DNA of 64,000 nt, taken from positions 1,836 to 65,835 of the forward strand of contig CBDTTW010000001.1 of NCBI GenBank assembly GCA_965363675.1, written 5' to 3'. Source of the DNA: an uncultured Rhodothermaceae bacterium (GTDB lineage Bacteria; Bacteroidota; Rhodothermia; Rhodothermales; DASSAV01). Of the stretch, positions 35,624 through 46,680 are shown piece after piece; the first letter of the stretch is position 1; each line of letters starts with the position of its first letter. Below the pieces are notes generated by a model. That model had not been told where the DNA came from and did not search any database. It saw nothing but the letters and a program-made list of their open reading frames with translations. Made by a program: the position numbers and the translations under genes.

Positions 35624-36396
35624 CGCGCGCCGAGGGGGGCCTGCTCTCAGGCAAGACGGCGTGGGTCACCGGCGCCGGCGGCGGCATCGGGCGCGCGGCG
35701 GCGCTGCTTTTCGCGGCGCACGGCGCCGCCGTCGGCTGCATCGACCTCGACGGAGGGCGCGCAGCGGCCACGGCGGCCGAGGCCGGGGGCGAGGCCGCCG
35801 TGGCCGACGTGAGCCTCGCCGGAGACGTGCAACGGGCTTTCGCGGCGCTCGCCGAGCGCATGGGGCCGCCGGACGCGCTGTTCAACGTCGTCGGCGTCTC
35901 CGGACGGAGGTGGGGCGACGGGCCGGTGGAGTCGTGCACGGAAGAAGCGTGGGAGCGCGTCATGGCCGTCAACGTGCGCAGCATGTTTCTGTGCTGCCGC
36001 GAGGCGGTGCCGCTGTTGCGGCGGCGGGGCGGCGGCGCCATCGTCAACCTGTCGTCGGTGCTGGGCCTCGTCGGCGGCGACGCCGACTTTGCCACGCACG
36101 CCTACGCCACGAGCAAGGGGGCCATTATCAGCCTCACGCGCAGCATCGCCAGCTTTTACGCGCCCGAGGGCATCCGCGCGAACGTGATCTGCGCCGGCCT
36201 CATCGCCACCGAGATGAGCCTTCGGGCGCAGCAGAACCCGGCCATCACCGCCCGGCTGCCGGCGTTGCAGCCGCTGACGGGCGGCTTCGGCGCTCCCGGC
36301 GACGTGGCCGGAGCGGCGCTCTACCTGGCCTCCGACCTTTCCGCCTTCGTCACCGGAGCCGTCCTCGCCGTCGATGGCGGGTGGACGGTTCGTTAA
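35620..36396 (+). CDS. SDR-family oxidoreductase
   Basis: Start re-picked at MTRAEGGLLSGKTAWVTGAGGGIGRAAA, overlapping the SIS stop as ATGA at 35620-35623. 'YATSKGAI' catalytic YxxxK and 'FVTGAVLAVDGGW'. Confidence 0.88.
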   Translation: MTRAEGGLLSGKTAWVTGAGGGIGRAAALLFAAHGAAVGCIDLDGGRAAATAAEAGGEAAVADVSLAGDVQRAFAALAERMGPPDALFNVVGVSGRRWGDGPVESCTEEAWERVMAVNVRSMFLCCREAVPLLRRRGGGAIVNLSSVLGLVGGDADFATHAYATSKGAIISLTRSIASFYAPEGIRANVICAGLIATEMSLRAQQNPAITARLPALQPLTGGFGAPGDVAGAALYLASDLSAFVTGAVLAVDGGWTVR

Positions 36397-36408
36397 GCCG
36401 CTGCCGGC

Positions 36409-37698
36409 ATGATCTACAGCAAACAGATTGACGCGACGATCCGGACGGAGGTGCTGGTGGTGGGCGGCGGCTCCGCCGGCGCAACGGCGGCCATTGCGGC
36501 GGCGCGTACGGGCGCGCGCACCCTGCTCGTGGAGCGCTACGGCTTTGCGGGCGGCACGAGCACGGCCGTCCTCGACACGTTCTACGGCTTCTACACGCCG
36601 GGCGAGCCGCGCGCCAAGGTCGTCGGCGGCATCCCCGACGACGTGGTGGCGGCCCTCGACGCGCACGGGGTGATGCTGGTGCGCCCCAACACCTACGGCG
36701 CCGGCGACGGCATCACCTACGACCCCGAGACGCTCAAAATCGTCTGGGAGCGCCTCATCGAAGGGGCGGGCGCGCGCATCCTGTACCATACCTATGCCGT
36801 CGATGCCTTGCGCGAGGGCGACGCCGTGGCGGGCATCGTGGCGGTCAACAAGGGCGGCTTCGTGCGCATCGAGGCCGCCGTCACCATAGACGCTTCCGGC
36901 GACGCCGACGTGGCCGCCTTTGCGGGGGCCGCCTTCGAGGGGCCGCGCGACGGCCCGGTGCAGTCGCTCACGACCACGTTCCGCATGATCAACGTGGACG
37001 TGGCGCGGGCGCGCGCCGTGAAGAAAGACCAGTTGCACGCGCTCATGGCCGAGGCCATCGCCTCGGGCGCCTACGATCTGCCGCGCAAGGAGGGCAGCGT
37101 GCACATCACCCCGCTGCCCGGCGTCATGGCAACCAACATGACGCGCGTAGCGCACGTAGACGCCACCGACCCCGAGGCGCTTTCCGAGGCCGAGCGCGAA
37201 GGGCGGCGCCAGGCGCTCGAATACGCGCGCTTCCTGCGCGACAAGGCGCCCGGCTACGAGCAGGCGGCGCTCGGCGGGCTGAGCGTCTCGGTAGGCGTCC
37301 GCGAGACGCGGCGCATCCACGGCGACTACCGCCTCACGCGCGCCGACGTGCTCGGCGCCCGCCGCTTCGACGACGCCATCGCACGCTGCGGAGCGCCCAT
37401 CGAGGACCACCACGCCGGCGCCGACACCGCCTGGCAATACCTCCCGACGGGCGCCGCCTACGACATCCCGTACCGCGCGCTCCTGCCGGCGGGCCTGGAG
37501 CGTCTGCTGGCGGCGGGCCGCTGCCTCTCGGCGGAGCATGCCGCCCATGCAAGCGTGCGCAGCATGGGGCAGTGCATGGCGATGGGGCAGGCCGCCGGCA
37601 CGGCCGCAGCCCTCGCCGTGGCGGGCCGCACGACCCCCCGCGCCCTTGCCGTCGGCGCGTTGCAGGACCGCCTGCGCGCCGACGGGGCCATCCTTTAA
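36409..37698 (+). CDS. FAD-dependent oxidoreductase (FAD_oxidored/GidA-like N-terminal fold)
   Basis: Dinucleotide motif 'VLVVGGGSAGATAAIAAARTGARTLLVERYGFAGG'. 'RCLSAEH.AHAS.R.MGQCMAMGQAAG' lies near the C-terminus. Confidence 0.8.
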   Translation: MIYSKQIDATIRTEVLVVGGGSAGATAAIAAARTGARTLLVERYGFAGGTSTAVLDTFYGFYTPGEPRAKVVGGIPDDVVAALDAHGVMLVRPNTYGAGDGITYDPETLKIVWERLIEGAGARILYHTYAVDALREGDAVAGIVAVNKGGFVRIEAAVTIDASGDADVAAFAGAAFEGPRDGPVQSLTTTFRMINVDVARARAVKKDQLHALMAEAIASGAYDLPRKEGSVHITPLPGVMATNMTRVAHVDATDPEALSEAEREGRRQALEYARFLRDKAPGYEQAALGGLSVSVGVRETRRIHGDYRLTRADVLGARRFDDAIARCGAPIEDHHAGADTAWQYLPTGAAYDIPYRALLPAGLERLLAAGRCLSAEHAAHASVRSMGQCMAMGQAAGTAAALAVAGRTTPRALAVGALQDRLRADGAIL

Positions 37699-37710
37699 AT
37701 CGCAGCCTTC

Positions 37711-38634
37711 ATGGCGTTTATCCGCACCGTCCGGGGAGACATCGAGGCCGACGCCGTTGGGCGCGCCTACATCCACGAGCATTTGCTGGCCGCCCCGCCG
37801 CCGCCTTACTGGACCGAAGACCTGGCCCTTACCGACGAGCAAGCCGCCGCCGCCGAACTAAGAACGTTCGCGGCGGCCGGCGGCGCGCTCGTCGTAGAGA
37901 TGACCACGCCCGATTACAACCGCGATGCGGCGGGTCTGCGGCGCCTCAGCGAGGCGACGGGGGTGCACCTCGTGGCCGCCTCGGGCTATAACAAAGAGAA
38001 GTTCTGCATCGACTTCATCCGGGGCGTTCCGGCCGAGACGCTTACGGACCGTTTTTGCCGCGAGATCGAGCGCGGCATGGACGGCGGCGACGTGCGGGCG
38101 GGCCTCGTCAAGGCGTCCTCGATGGGCGGCCCCTTCAGCCGCGACACCGAGCAGCTTTTCATCGCGGCGGCCCGCACCCACCTGCGCACCGGCGCGCCTA
38201 TCTCGACGCACACCGAGGCCGGGGCGATGGCGCTGGAGCAGGTGGCACTGCTGCGGGCGCACGGCGCGCCGCCGGAGCATATCATCATCGGGCATCTGGA
38301 CCGCAGGCTCGACCTGCCGTTCCTTGAAGCGGTGGCCGCTACGGGCGTGCACCTCAGCTTCGACCAGATCGGCAAAACGAAATACTACCCGGACGAGGCC
38401 CGCGCTGAGGCGCTGGCGCATCTCATCGGCCGTGGGTACGGCGCCCGGCTCGTGCTCGGCGGCGACCTGGCGCGGCGCGCCTACTGGCCGTCGTACGGCT
38501 TCCCCGAGGGCCCCGGCTTCGGCCACATCCTCCGCCGTTTCAGCCGCTTGCTGCTGGAGGCCGGCTGCGCGCCCGCCGACATCGACCGGATGCTTCTCGA
38601 CAACCCGCGCCGCGCGCTCAGCTTTGCGCTTTAA
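37711..38634 (+). CDS. Phosphotriesterase-family (COG1735, Php-like) metal-dependent hydrolase, likely a lactonase
   Basis: 'G.IHEHLL', 'HLVAASGY', 'GLVKAS', 'PISTHTE', 'IIIGHLD' and 'LGGDLAR' match the PTE-family binuclear-metal motif order. Confidence 0.82.
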   Translation: MAFIRTVRGDIEADAVGRAYIHEHLLAAPPPPYWTEDLALTDEQAAAAELRTFAAAGGALVVEMTTPDYNRDAAGLRRLSEATGVHLVAASGYNKEKFCIDFIRGVPAETLTDRFCREIERGMDGGDVRAGLVKASSMGGPFSRDTEQLFIAAARTHLRTGAPISTHTEAGAMALEQVALLRAHGAPPEHIIIGHLDRRLDLPFLEAVAATGVHLSFDQIGKTKYYPDEARAEALAHLIGRGYGARLVLGGDLARRAYWPSYGFPEGPGFGHILRRFSRLLLEAGCAPADIDRMLLDNPRRALSFAL

Positions 38635-38762
38635 GTTTGTGCAAATACGGTTACTACCGGCGGGTTCGTGGGCGGCGTAACGGTATCTTCGCCTCGCGGG
38701 TTAAACCCTCGCGGCTGCGGCCGATATAAGGCGCTGTAGTCTTTCACCAAACCTGTGGAACC

Positions 38763-38852
38763 ATGATTATCGGCTTCGCCATTTCGTCGCTCAGCTTCGC
38801 CGTCGTGAGCGGTATGTTTTTGATTGTCGCCCGGGAGAGCCGCGTCAGCTAA
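38763..38852 (+). CDS. Possible 29-aa hydrophobic peptide (not in the ORF track)
   Basis: MIIGFAISSLSFAVVSGMFLIVARESRVS. It lies in a lower-GC intergenic stretch and is followed 37 nt later by a strong terminator. Confidence 0.3.
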   Translation: MIIGFAISSLSFAVVSGMFLIVARESRVS

Positions 38853-38888
38853 GCGCGCCCGTTGGATATAGAGCTTCCCCTGAGAAGC

Positions 38889-38932
38889 AAAAGCCGCACG
38901 CCCTGAAGCACAAAGGGCGCGCGGCTTTTTTT
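38889..38932. terminator. Bidirectional rho-independent terminator
   Basis: 16-bp stem with one mismatch, aaaagccgcacgccct / agggcgcgcggctttt, with an A-run 5' and a T-run 3'. Confidence 0.85.
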
Positions 38933-38962
38933 AGGTAGGCGCCGCCGGGCGGCAGGCTGCGT

Positions 38963-39391
38963 TCAGAGGTCGTCGGCGGAGCGGGGCAGGCCGTCGCCTT
39001 CGGCAAGGGCGTCGAAGCCGTCGGGCTCCTCGTCCTCGAAGCGCGCTTGGGCGGCCAAATCGACGGCCGGCTCTTCGGGGGCGTAGCGCGGGTCGTAGGC
39101 GTGTTCGACTTTCTTTTGCTCCTGCGCCTTCTCCTGCGCCTTGTAGAGCTTGTCGGCCTCCTCGACGAACAGCTCGACGTGCCCGCAGTCGCCGCAGACG
39201 CGCGCATAAACGGTCGTGGTTTTGCCGCCCCTGAAGAAGAAGGCGTTGGGGTTGCGGTAGACTTGCAGGGTCAGTTCGAGCACGGGAATGTTCACCGGCC
39301 CACGGTCGAGGATGTGAGCCTTGGTGATCAGCCGCACCGACCCGCACCGCATGCAGGGCCGTTCGGGCTCCTGGGCTTCCGGTTCGCTCAT
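38963..39391 (-). CDS. Hypothetical zinc-ribbon-like protein with an acidic C-terminal tail
   Basis: Paired CxxC motifs ('CMRCGS' and 'CGDCGH') are followed by a coiled/acidic tail 'EDEEPDGFDALAEGDG'. Confidence 0.55.
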   Translation of the reverse strand: MSEPEAQEPERPCMRCGSVRLITKAHILDRGPVNIPVLELTLQVYRNPNAFFFRGGKTTTVYARVCGDCGHVELFVEEADKLYKAQEKAQEQKKVEHAYDPRYAPEEPAVDLAAQARFEDEEPDGFDALAEGDGLPRSADDL

Positions 39392-39528
39392 CCGAGTGTC
39401 TCGTGGAAAGTGGGGAGGGCGCCGCGCGTTTGCAGGGCGCTATGGGGCAGTAATCGACCGGTTTGGCCGCAGCTTAAGCGGCGGCCCTACCACACGGTAC
39501 GCATAAAACGCGCGAATTCCGGCGGCGC

Positions 39529-41190
39529 CTACAAGGCGATGAGGTTGCGCGCCGAGTAGTTGACCCCGCCGACGCGGAACCAGTGGTACCCGAAGGTGCC
39601 GATAGGGATGAAGTAGCGCCCCGATTTGGACTCGTGGAAGCGGTCGCTGATGAGGTCCACGAGGCGGTCGTCCCCGGTGTCGCCGGGGCTGAGGCGGACT
39701 TCGTGGGGCCGGTCGTCGAAGTTGTGCACTGTGATGAGCGTATTGCCCTGCCAGTCGTAGCGCATGGCGAGCACTTCCGGGCAGCCGGTCGGGATGAGGC
39801 TCCACGCGCCGTTGCCGATCTCGGGGCACTCGCGCCGGAGGCGGATCATGCGGCTGGTCCAGTTGAGCAGCGAGTCCGGCTCGCGGCGCTGCGCCTCTGC
39901 GTTGACGATGGGGTAGCCGTAGAGGCCGTCGGAGATGACCGGGTTGAGCGTGTCGGGCGACATCGAGAACCCGCCCTGCGGCTCGTCGGCCCACTGCATG
40001 GGGGTGCGTACGGCGCGGCGCTCGGCGAGGCTGAGGTCGTCGCCCATGCCGATTTCGTCGCCGTAGCGCAGCACGGGGGTGCCGGGCAGAGAGAACATGA
40101 GGCTGTAGGCCAGCTCGATGTGGCGGCGGTCGCCGAGCATGGGCGCCAGGCGGCGGCGGATGCCCCGGTCGTAGAGCTGCATGCGCGGCTCGGGGCCGAA
40201 GCGCTCGAAGACGGCCTGGCGCTGCTCCTCGGAGAGGCGCCCGAGGTCGAGTTCGTCGTGGTTGCGGAGGAAGTGCGCCCACTGCGCGCGCTGCGGGATG
40301 TTGCGGGTGGCCTTGAGCGCCTGCTGGAGCGGCTTCAGGTCGGCGGTGGCGAGCGCGTAGAAAAGGTGCTGGTTCACCCAGAAGTTGAACATCATGTGGA
40401 TGCCGTTCTCGCCGCCGCCGCCCTCGAAATACGGCTTGGTATCTTTGGGCGTGACGTTGGCCTCGCCCAGCATGATGGCGCTGCCCGAGCGCCACTGGAT
40501 GAACTTGCGCAGCTCCGTTAGGTATTCGAAGTGCAGTTGGCCCTGCTGCGCGTTGCAGCACTTCGACTCGATCATGAAGGGCACGGCGTCTACGCGGAAG
40601 CCGGCGATGCCTAGTTCCAGCCAGTACCCGACGATGCGGCGCACCTCGGCGCGCACCTTGGGGTTGTCCATGTTCAGGTCGGGCTGGTGGTCGTAAAAGC
40701 GGTGGAAGTAGTACGCCTCCGCCTTCTCGTCGTAGGTCCAGGTGGCATCCTGCACCCCCGGAAACACCATGCCCTGGTCCCAATTCGAAGGGCGGTCCTT
40801 GCTCCAGACGTACCAGTCGCGGTATTCGGAGTCGGGCGAGGAGCGCGCGGACTGGTACCAGCGGTGCTGGTCGGAGGTGTGGTTGATGACCAGGTCGATG
40901 ATGACGCGCATGCCGCGCTTGCGCGCCTGGTGCATGAAGGCCACGAAGTCGCCGCTGGAGCCGTAGCGCGGATCGACGCCGTAGTAGTCCGACACGTCGT
41001 AGCCGTTGTCTTTGTCGGGTGTAGGCTGGAACGGCGCCAGCCAGATCGTGTCGATGCCGAGGGCGTACAGGTAGTCGAGCCGTTGCATGAGGCCGTCGAA
41101 GTCGCCGATGCCGTCGCCGTTGGAGTCCATGAAGCTGTCCACGTCGAGGCTGTAGATGACCGCGTTCTTATACCAGAGCTCTTCCGTCAT
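39529..41190 (-). CDS. treS: GH13 alpha-amylase-family enzyme, most like trehalose synthase (maltose alpha-D-glucosyltransferase)
   Basis: 'WYKNAVIYSLDVDSF.DSNGDGIGDF.GL...LDYL..LGID.IWL.PF', GH13 regions 'DLVINHTS', 'GFRVDAVPFM', 'MLGEAN' and 'FLRNHDELD', and a length of about 550 aa. Assigning TreS rather than another GH13 subfamily is an inference. Confidence 0.6.
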   Translation of the reverse strand: MTEELWYKNAVIYSLDVDSFMDSNGDGIGDFDGLMQRLDYLYALGIDTIWLAPFQPTPDKDNGYDVSDYYGVDPRYGSSGDFVAFMHQARKRGMRVIIDLVINHTSDQHRWYQSARSSPDSEYRDWYVWSKDRPSNWDQGMVFPGVQDATWTYDEKAEAYYFHRFYDHQPDLNMDNPKVRAEVRRIVGYWLELGIAGFRVDAVPFMIESKCCNAQQGQLHFEYLTELRKFIQWRSGSAIMLGEANVTPKDTKPYFEGGGGENGIHMMFNFWVNQHLFYALATADLKPLQQALKATRNIPQRAQWAHFLRNHDELDLGRLSEEQRQAVFERFGPEPRMQLYDRGIRRRLAPMLGDRRHIELAYSLMFSLPGTPVLRYGDEIGMGDDLSLAERRAVRTPMQWADEPQGGFSMSPDTLNPVISDGLYGYPIVNAEAQRREPDSLLNWTSRMIRLRRECPEIGNGAWSLIPTGCPEVLAMRYDWQGNTLITVHNFDDRPHEVRLSPGDTGDDRLVDLISDRFHESKSGRYFIPIGTFGYHWFRVGGVNYSARNLIAL

Positions 41191-41401
41191 GGGTGGGGCC
41201 GGTTGCTGTTCGAGGGGCGGCTTTCACGATACGACGGGGGGCGGCGAATCCTGCCTCCGGCGCTCCCCGAGGGGGTAACCCTACTGTAAAGAACGGCGCA
41301 GCGGCGGGCTTTGCAGAGCGCGGCGCGTGAACCGCCGGGGCCGCGCAGCCGTTTATTCCGCGTCAAGTGCTCTACGAACAACCTGTAACGAGGTGCAAGC
41401 C

Positions 41402-42061
41402 ATGGATAGAAGATCGCAGGGGCGCCCGTCGCCTCGGGGCCGCGCGAGCGGCATCGACCGCCTGCACGACGAGGACGAGCGCCGCCCGGGCGATTCGGAG
41501 TTCCGCCGCAACGACCCGCTCCTGGACCGCAGCCGTGAAGGCGACGACGGCGACGGCTATTACCTGCGCCAGAGCATCGGCGTGCGGGGGCGGGGCAACG
41601 AGGGCTACCGCGCCGAGGACGGCTGGTACGACTCGGACCGGGGGCAAACGAACTTCCGACGCAAACTCGAACACCGGCGCGGCCCCGAGGGCGCCTACGG
41701 GCGCATCAACCCGGCCGAAGACGACCCGCACGCCCGCAGCCGCTTCGAGGGCGGGCGCGAGGCTCCGCGCCGGGAGCCGCACTTTTTCGCGCGCGACGAC
41801 CGCGAAGGGCCGCACCGGGGGCGCGGACCGGCGGGCTTCAAGCGCTCCGACGAGCGGGTGCAGGAGGAGATCTGCCACCGCCTCGAAGACCACAGCTACC
41901 TCGACGCTTCCGGCATCGAGGTGCGCGTGACGGAGGGCGAGGCGCAGCTTTCCGGCGAGGTGGAGAGCCGCGAGGCCAAGCGCCTTGCCGAACGGATCGC
42001 CGAGGGGGCGCCCGGCGTCGCCGACGTGCACAACCACCTCACGATCCGCAAGCACGCCTGA
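41402..42061 (+). CDS. BON-domain protein with a long charged, disordered N-terminal region
   Basis: Start re-picked at MDRRSQG. The C-terminal BON is 'SYLDASGIEVRVTEGEAQLSGEVESREAKRLAERIAEGAPGVADVHNHLTI'. Confidence 0.75.
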   Translation: MDRRSQGRPSPRGRASGIDRLHDEDERRPGDSEFRRNDPLLDRSREGDDGDGYYLRQSIGVRGRGNEGYRAEDGWYDSDRGQTNFRRKLEHRRGPEGAYGRINPAEDDPHARSRFEGGREAPRREPHFFARDDREGPHRGRGPAGFKRSDERVQEEICHRLEDHSYLDASGIEVRVTEGEAQLSGEVESREAKRLAERIAEGAPGVADVHNHLTIRKHA

Positions 42062-42074
42062 CCTCGGCGGCGAC

Positions 42075-44717
<2,643 letters not shown>

Positions 44718-44741
44718 AAGGCAGAGGCGGGCAAACGGGTG

Positions 44742-46544
44742 CTAGGAAGCGGAGGCTTCGACCCGGCGCGCCACGAGCGCGCCCGAGCCGGCGAAGTCGG
44801 CAAGGCCATCCCTGACGGTGAGCGTGGGGAACACCTCCCCGAGGTAGCGGGGCTCGCCGGTGTGCAGGATCACCTGGTCCGCCTCGCGGAGGTCCATTTG
44901 GGCGGCGTGCTTGAAGACGACGATCAGCTCGTAGGCGCCCCGGCGCACCGTGAGGGTGTGGCGGTCGAGGGCGCACGCTTCCGCCGGCAGGCCGGAGAGC
45001 TGCTTGCGCAACCGGAGCAGGTCTTTGTAAAACTGAAGGACGTTGCCGTGCGGAGGGGTTTCGGGCTCGCTCCAGTCGAGGCGGCTGCGCAGGAAGGTGG
45101 CGGGGTCCTGCGGGTCCGGCACGTCGCCGCCGAAGCCGGTGAAGTCCTTGAACTCTTCGAGGCGGCCTTTGCTGACGAGCTTACCCAGCTCGGGCATGTG
45201 GTCGGAGAAGAACTGAAACGGCGTCGTGGCGCCCCACTCCTGCCCCTGAAACAGCAGGGGTAGGCCCTCGGTGAAGAGCACGAGGGCCGAAGCCGCGAGG
45301 TAGGTGTGGTGGTCGATCGCGGTGTAGAGGCGGTCGCCGAGGGGGCGGTTGCCGATCTGGTCGTGGTTCTGGATGCAGTAGACGCACTGTTCGCGCCGCA
45401 CCCCCACGGCCTCGGTGCCGCGCCGCGCGCCGCGCGCTTTATCCTTGAAGCCGTTGTAGTACCACCCCCGGTTGATCGTGTCGGCGAGGTCGTGGGCGGC
45501 GGTGTCGCGGAAGCTGGCGAAGTAGCCGTCCTGGTCGCCGGCGGTGATGTTGCGCATGAGGTGGTGGAAGTCGTCGATCCACATGCCGTCGAGGCCCCAG
45601 CCGCCTTCCGCGACGGGACGGATGACGTGGTTGAGGTTGCGGTGGTCCTCTGCGATCAGGATGCGGCGCGGCCCTTCCTCCAGCGCGTGCGCGGCTTCGG
45701 AAAGCTCGGCCAGGAAGTGCACCGGGCTGTCGTCCTTGATCTCGTGGATGGCGTCGAGGCGCAGCCCGTCGAAGTGGAACTCCTGGAGCCAGTAAAGCGC
45801 GTTCGTCTTGAGGAAGTGCCGCACGCCCGCGCTGCCTTCGTCGTCGAGGTTGATGGCCGGCCCCCAGGGGGTGGTGTGCTTGCGCGTGAACATCTGTCCG
45901 TAGGCCGCCACGTACGAGCCGTCGGGGCCGAGGTGGTTGTAGATCACGTCCAGGAAGACGGCCAGGCCCAGTTCGTGGGCGCGGTTGATGAGCCGCTTGA
46001 GGTCGTCGGGCGCGCCGTAGCCGTGGAAGGGCGCAAAAAGGCCGGCGTGGTCGTAGCCCCAGCCGTGCCTGCCCGGAAACTCCGCGAGCGGCATCAGTTC
46101 GATGGCCGTCACGCCGAGGTCGCGCAGGTATTCGAGCCGGTCGGTCACGCCGTCGAACGTGCCCTCGGGCGAGAAGGAGCCCACGTGCAGTTCATAAAAA
46201 ACGAGGTCGCGCTGCGGCACGCCTTGCCACGCGGCATCGGTCCAGGAGAAGGCGCAGGGGTCTACAACCTCGGAAGGCCCGTGCACGCCCTCGGGCTGGC
46301 GGCGCGAGGCCGGGTCGGGAAAGATGATCGAGTTGTCGAGGCGGTAGTGGTAGCGCTCGCCGGCGCGCACGTCCGGCACGAAGGCCGTGAAAAAGCCGGG
46401 GGCGTCGTGCCGGGCGAGCGCTACGAAGGCGCCGGCGTTTTCGAGCATTACCTCGACTTCCTGGTGCGACGGAGCCCATACCGTGAAGGTCGCGCCCTCG
46501 GGACTCAGGGTTACGCCGGGGTCGGGAAAAGGATGTATAGCCAT
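44742..46544 (-). CDS. treZ: Malto-oligosyltrehalose trehalohydrolase
   Basis: 'FTVWAP....VEV', 'GVTAIELMP.AEFPG..GWGYD', 'VFLDVIYNHLGPDG', 'DGLRLDAIH', 'LIAEDH' and 'IQNHDQIGNR'. Confidence 0.93.
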   Translation of the reverse strand: MAIHPFPDPGVTLSPEGATFTVWAPSHQEVEVMLENAGAFVALARHDAPGFFTAFVPDVRAGERYHYRLDNSIIFPDPASRRQPEGVHGPSEVVDPCAFSWTDAAWQGVPQRDLVFYELHVGSFSPEGTFDGVTDRLEYLRDLGVTAIELMPLAEFPGRHGWGYDHAGLFAPFHGYGAPDDLKRLINRAHELGLAVFLDVIYNHLGPDGSYVAAYGQMFTRKHTTPWGPAINLDDEGSAGVRHFLKTNALYWLQEFHFDGLRLDAIHEIKDDSPVHFLAELSEAAHALEEGPRRILIAEDHRNLNHVIRPVAEGGWGLDGMWIDDFHHLMRNITAGDQDGYFASFRDTAAHDLADTINRGWYYNGFKDKARGARRGTEAVGVRREQCVYCIQNHDQIGNRPLGDRLYTAIDHHTYLAASALVLFTEGLPLLFQGQEWGATTPFQFFSDHMPELGKLVSKGRLEEFKDFTGFGGDVPDPQDPATFLRSRLDWSEPETPPHGNVLQFYKDLLRLRKQLSGLPAEACALDRHTLTVRRGAYELIVVFKHAAQMDLREADQVILHTGEPRYLGEVFPTLTVRDGLADFAGSGALVARRVEASAS

Positions 46545-46680
46545 GTTCTTTTGCGGGAGGTTTCGGGCGCTGCAACGGTCGCAAAGCCGCCGGAAACTAC
46601 CACCGGAAAGAAATGGCGCGCCGCCGCCGGGCAGGCATTGCCGAATCTTTTACATGCCCCCGGCGGGGCGCCGGGCGGGG

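Noticed and set aside
37711-38634. Phosphotriesterase-family gene as an organophosphate-degradation (opd) determinant
   Set aside because: It is embedded in a carbohydrate-type operon behind a GntR regulator. The family is dominated by lactonases and Php-like enzymes, and nothing in the sequence alone supports organophosphate specificity.
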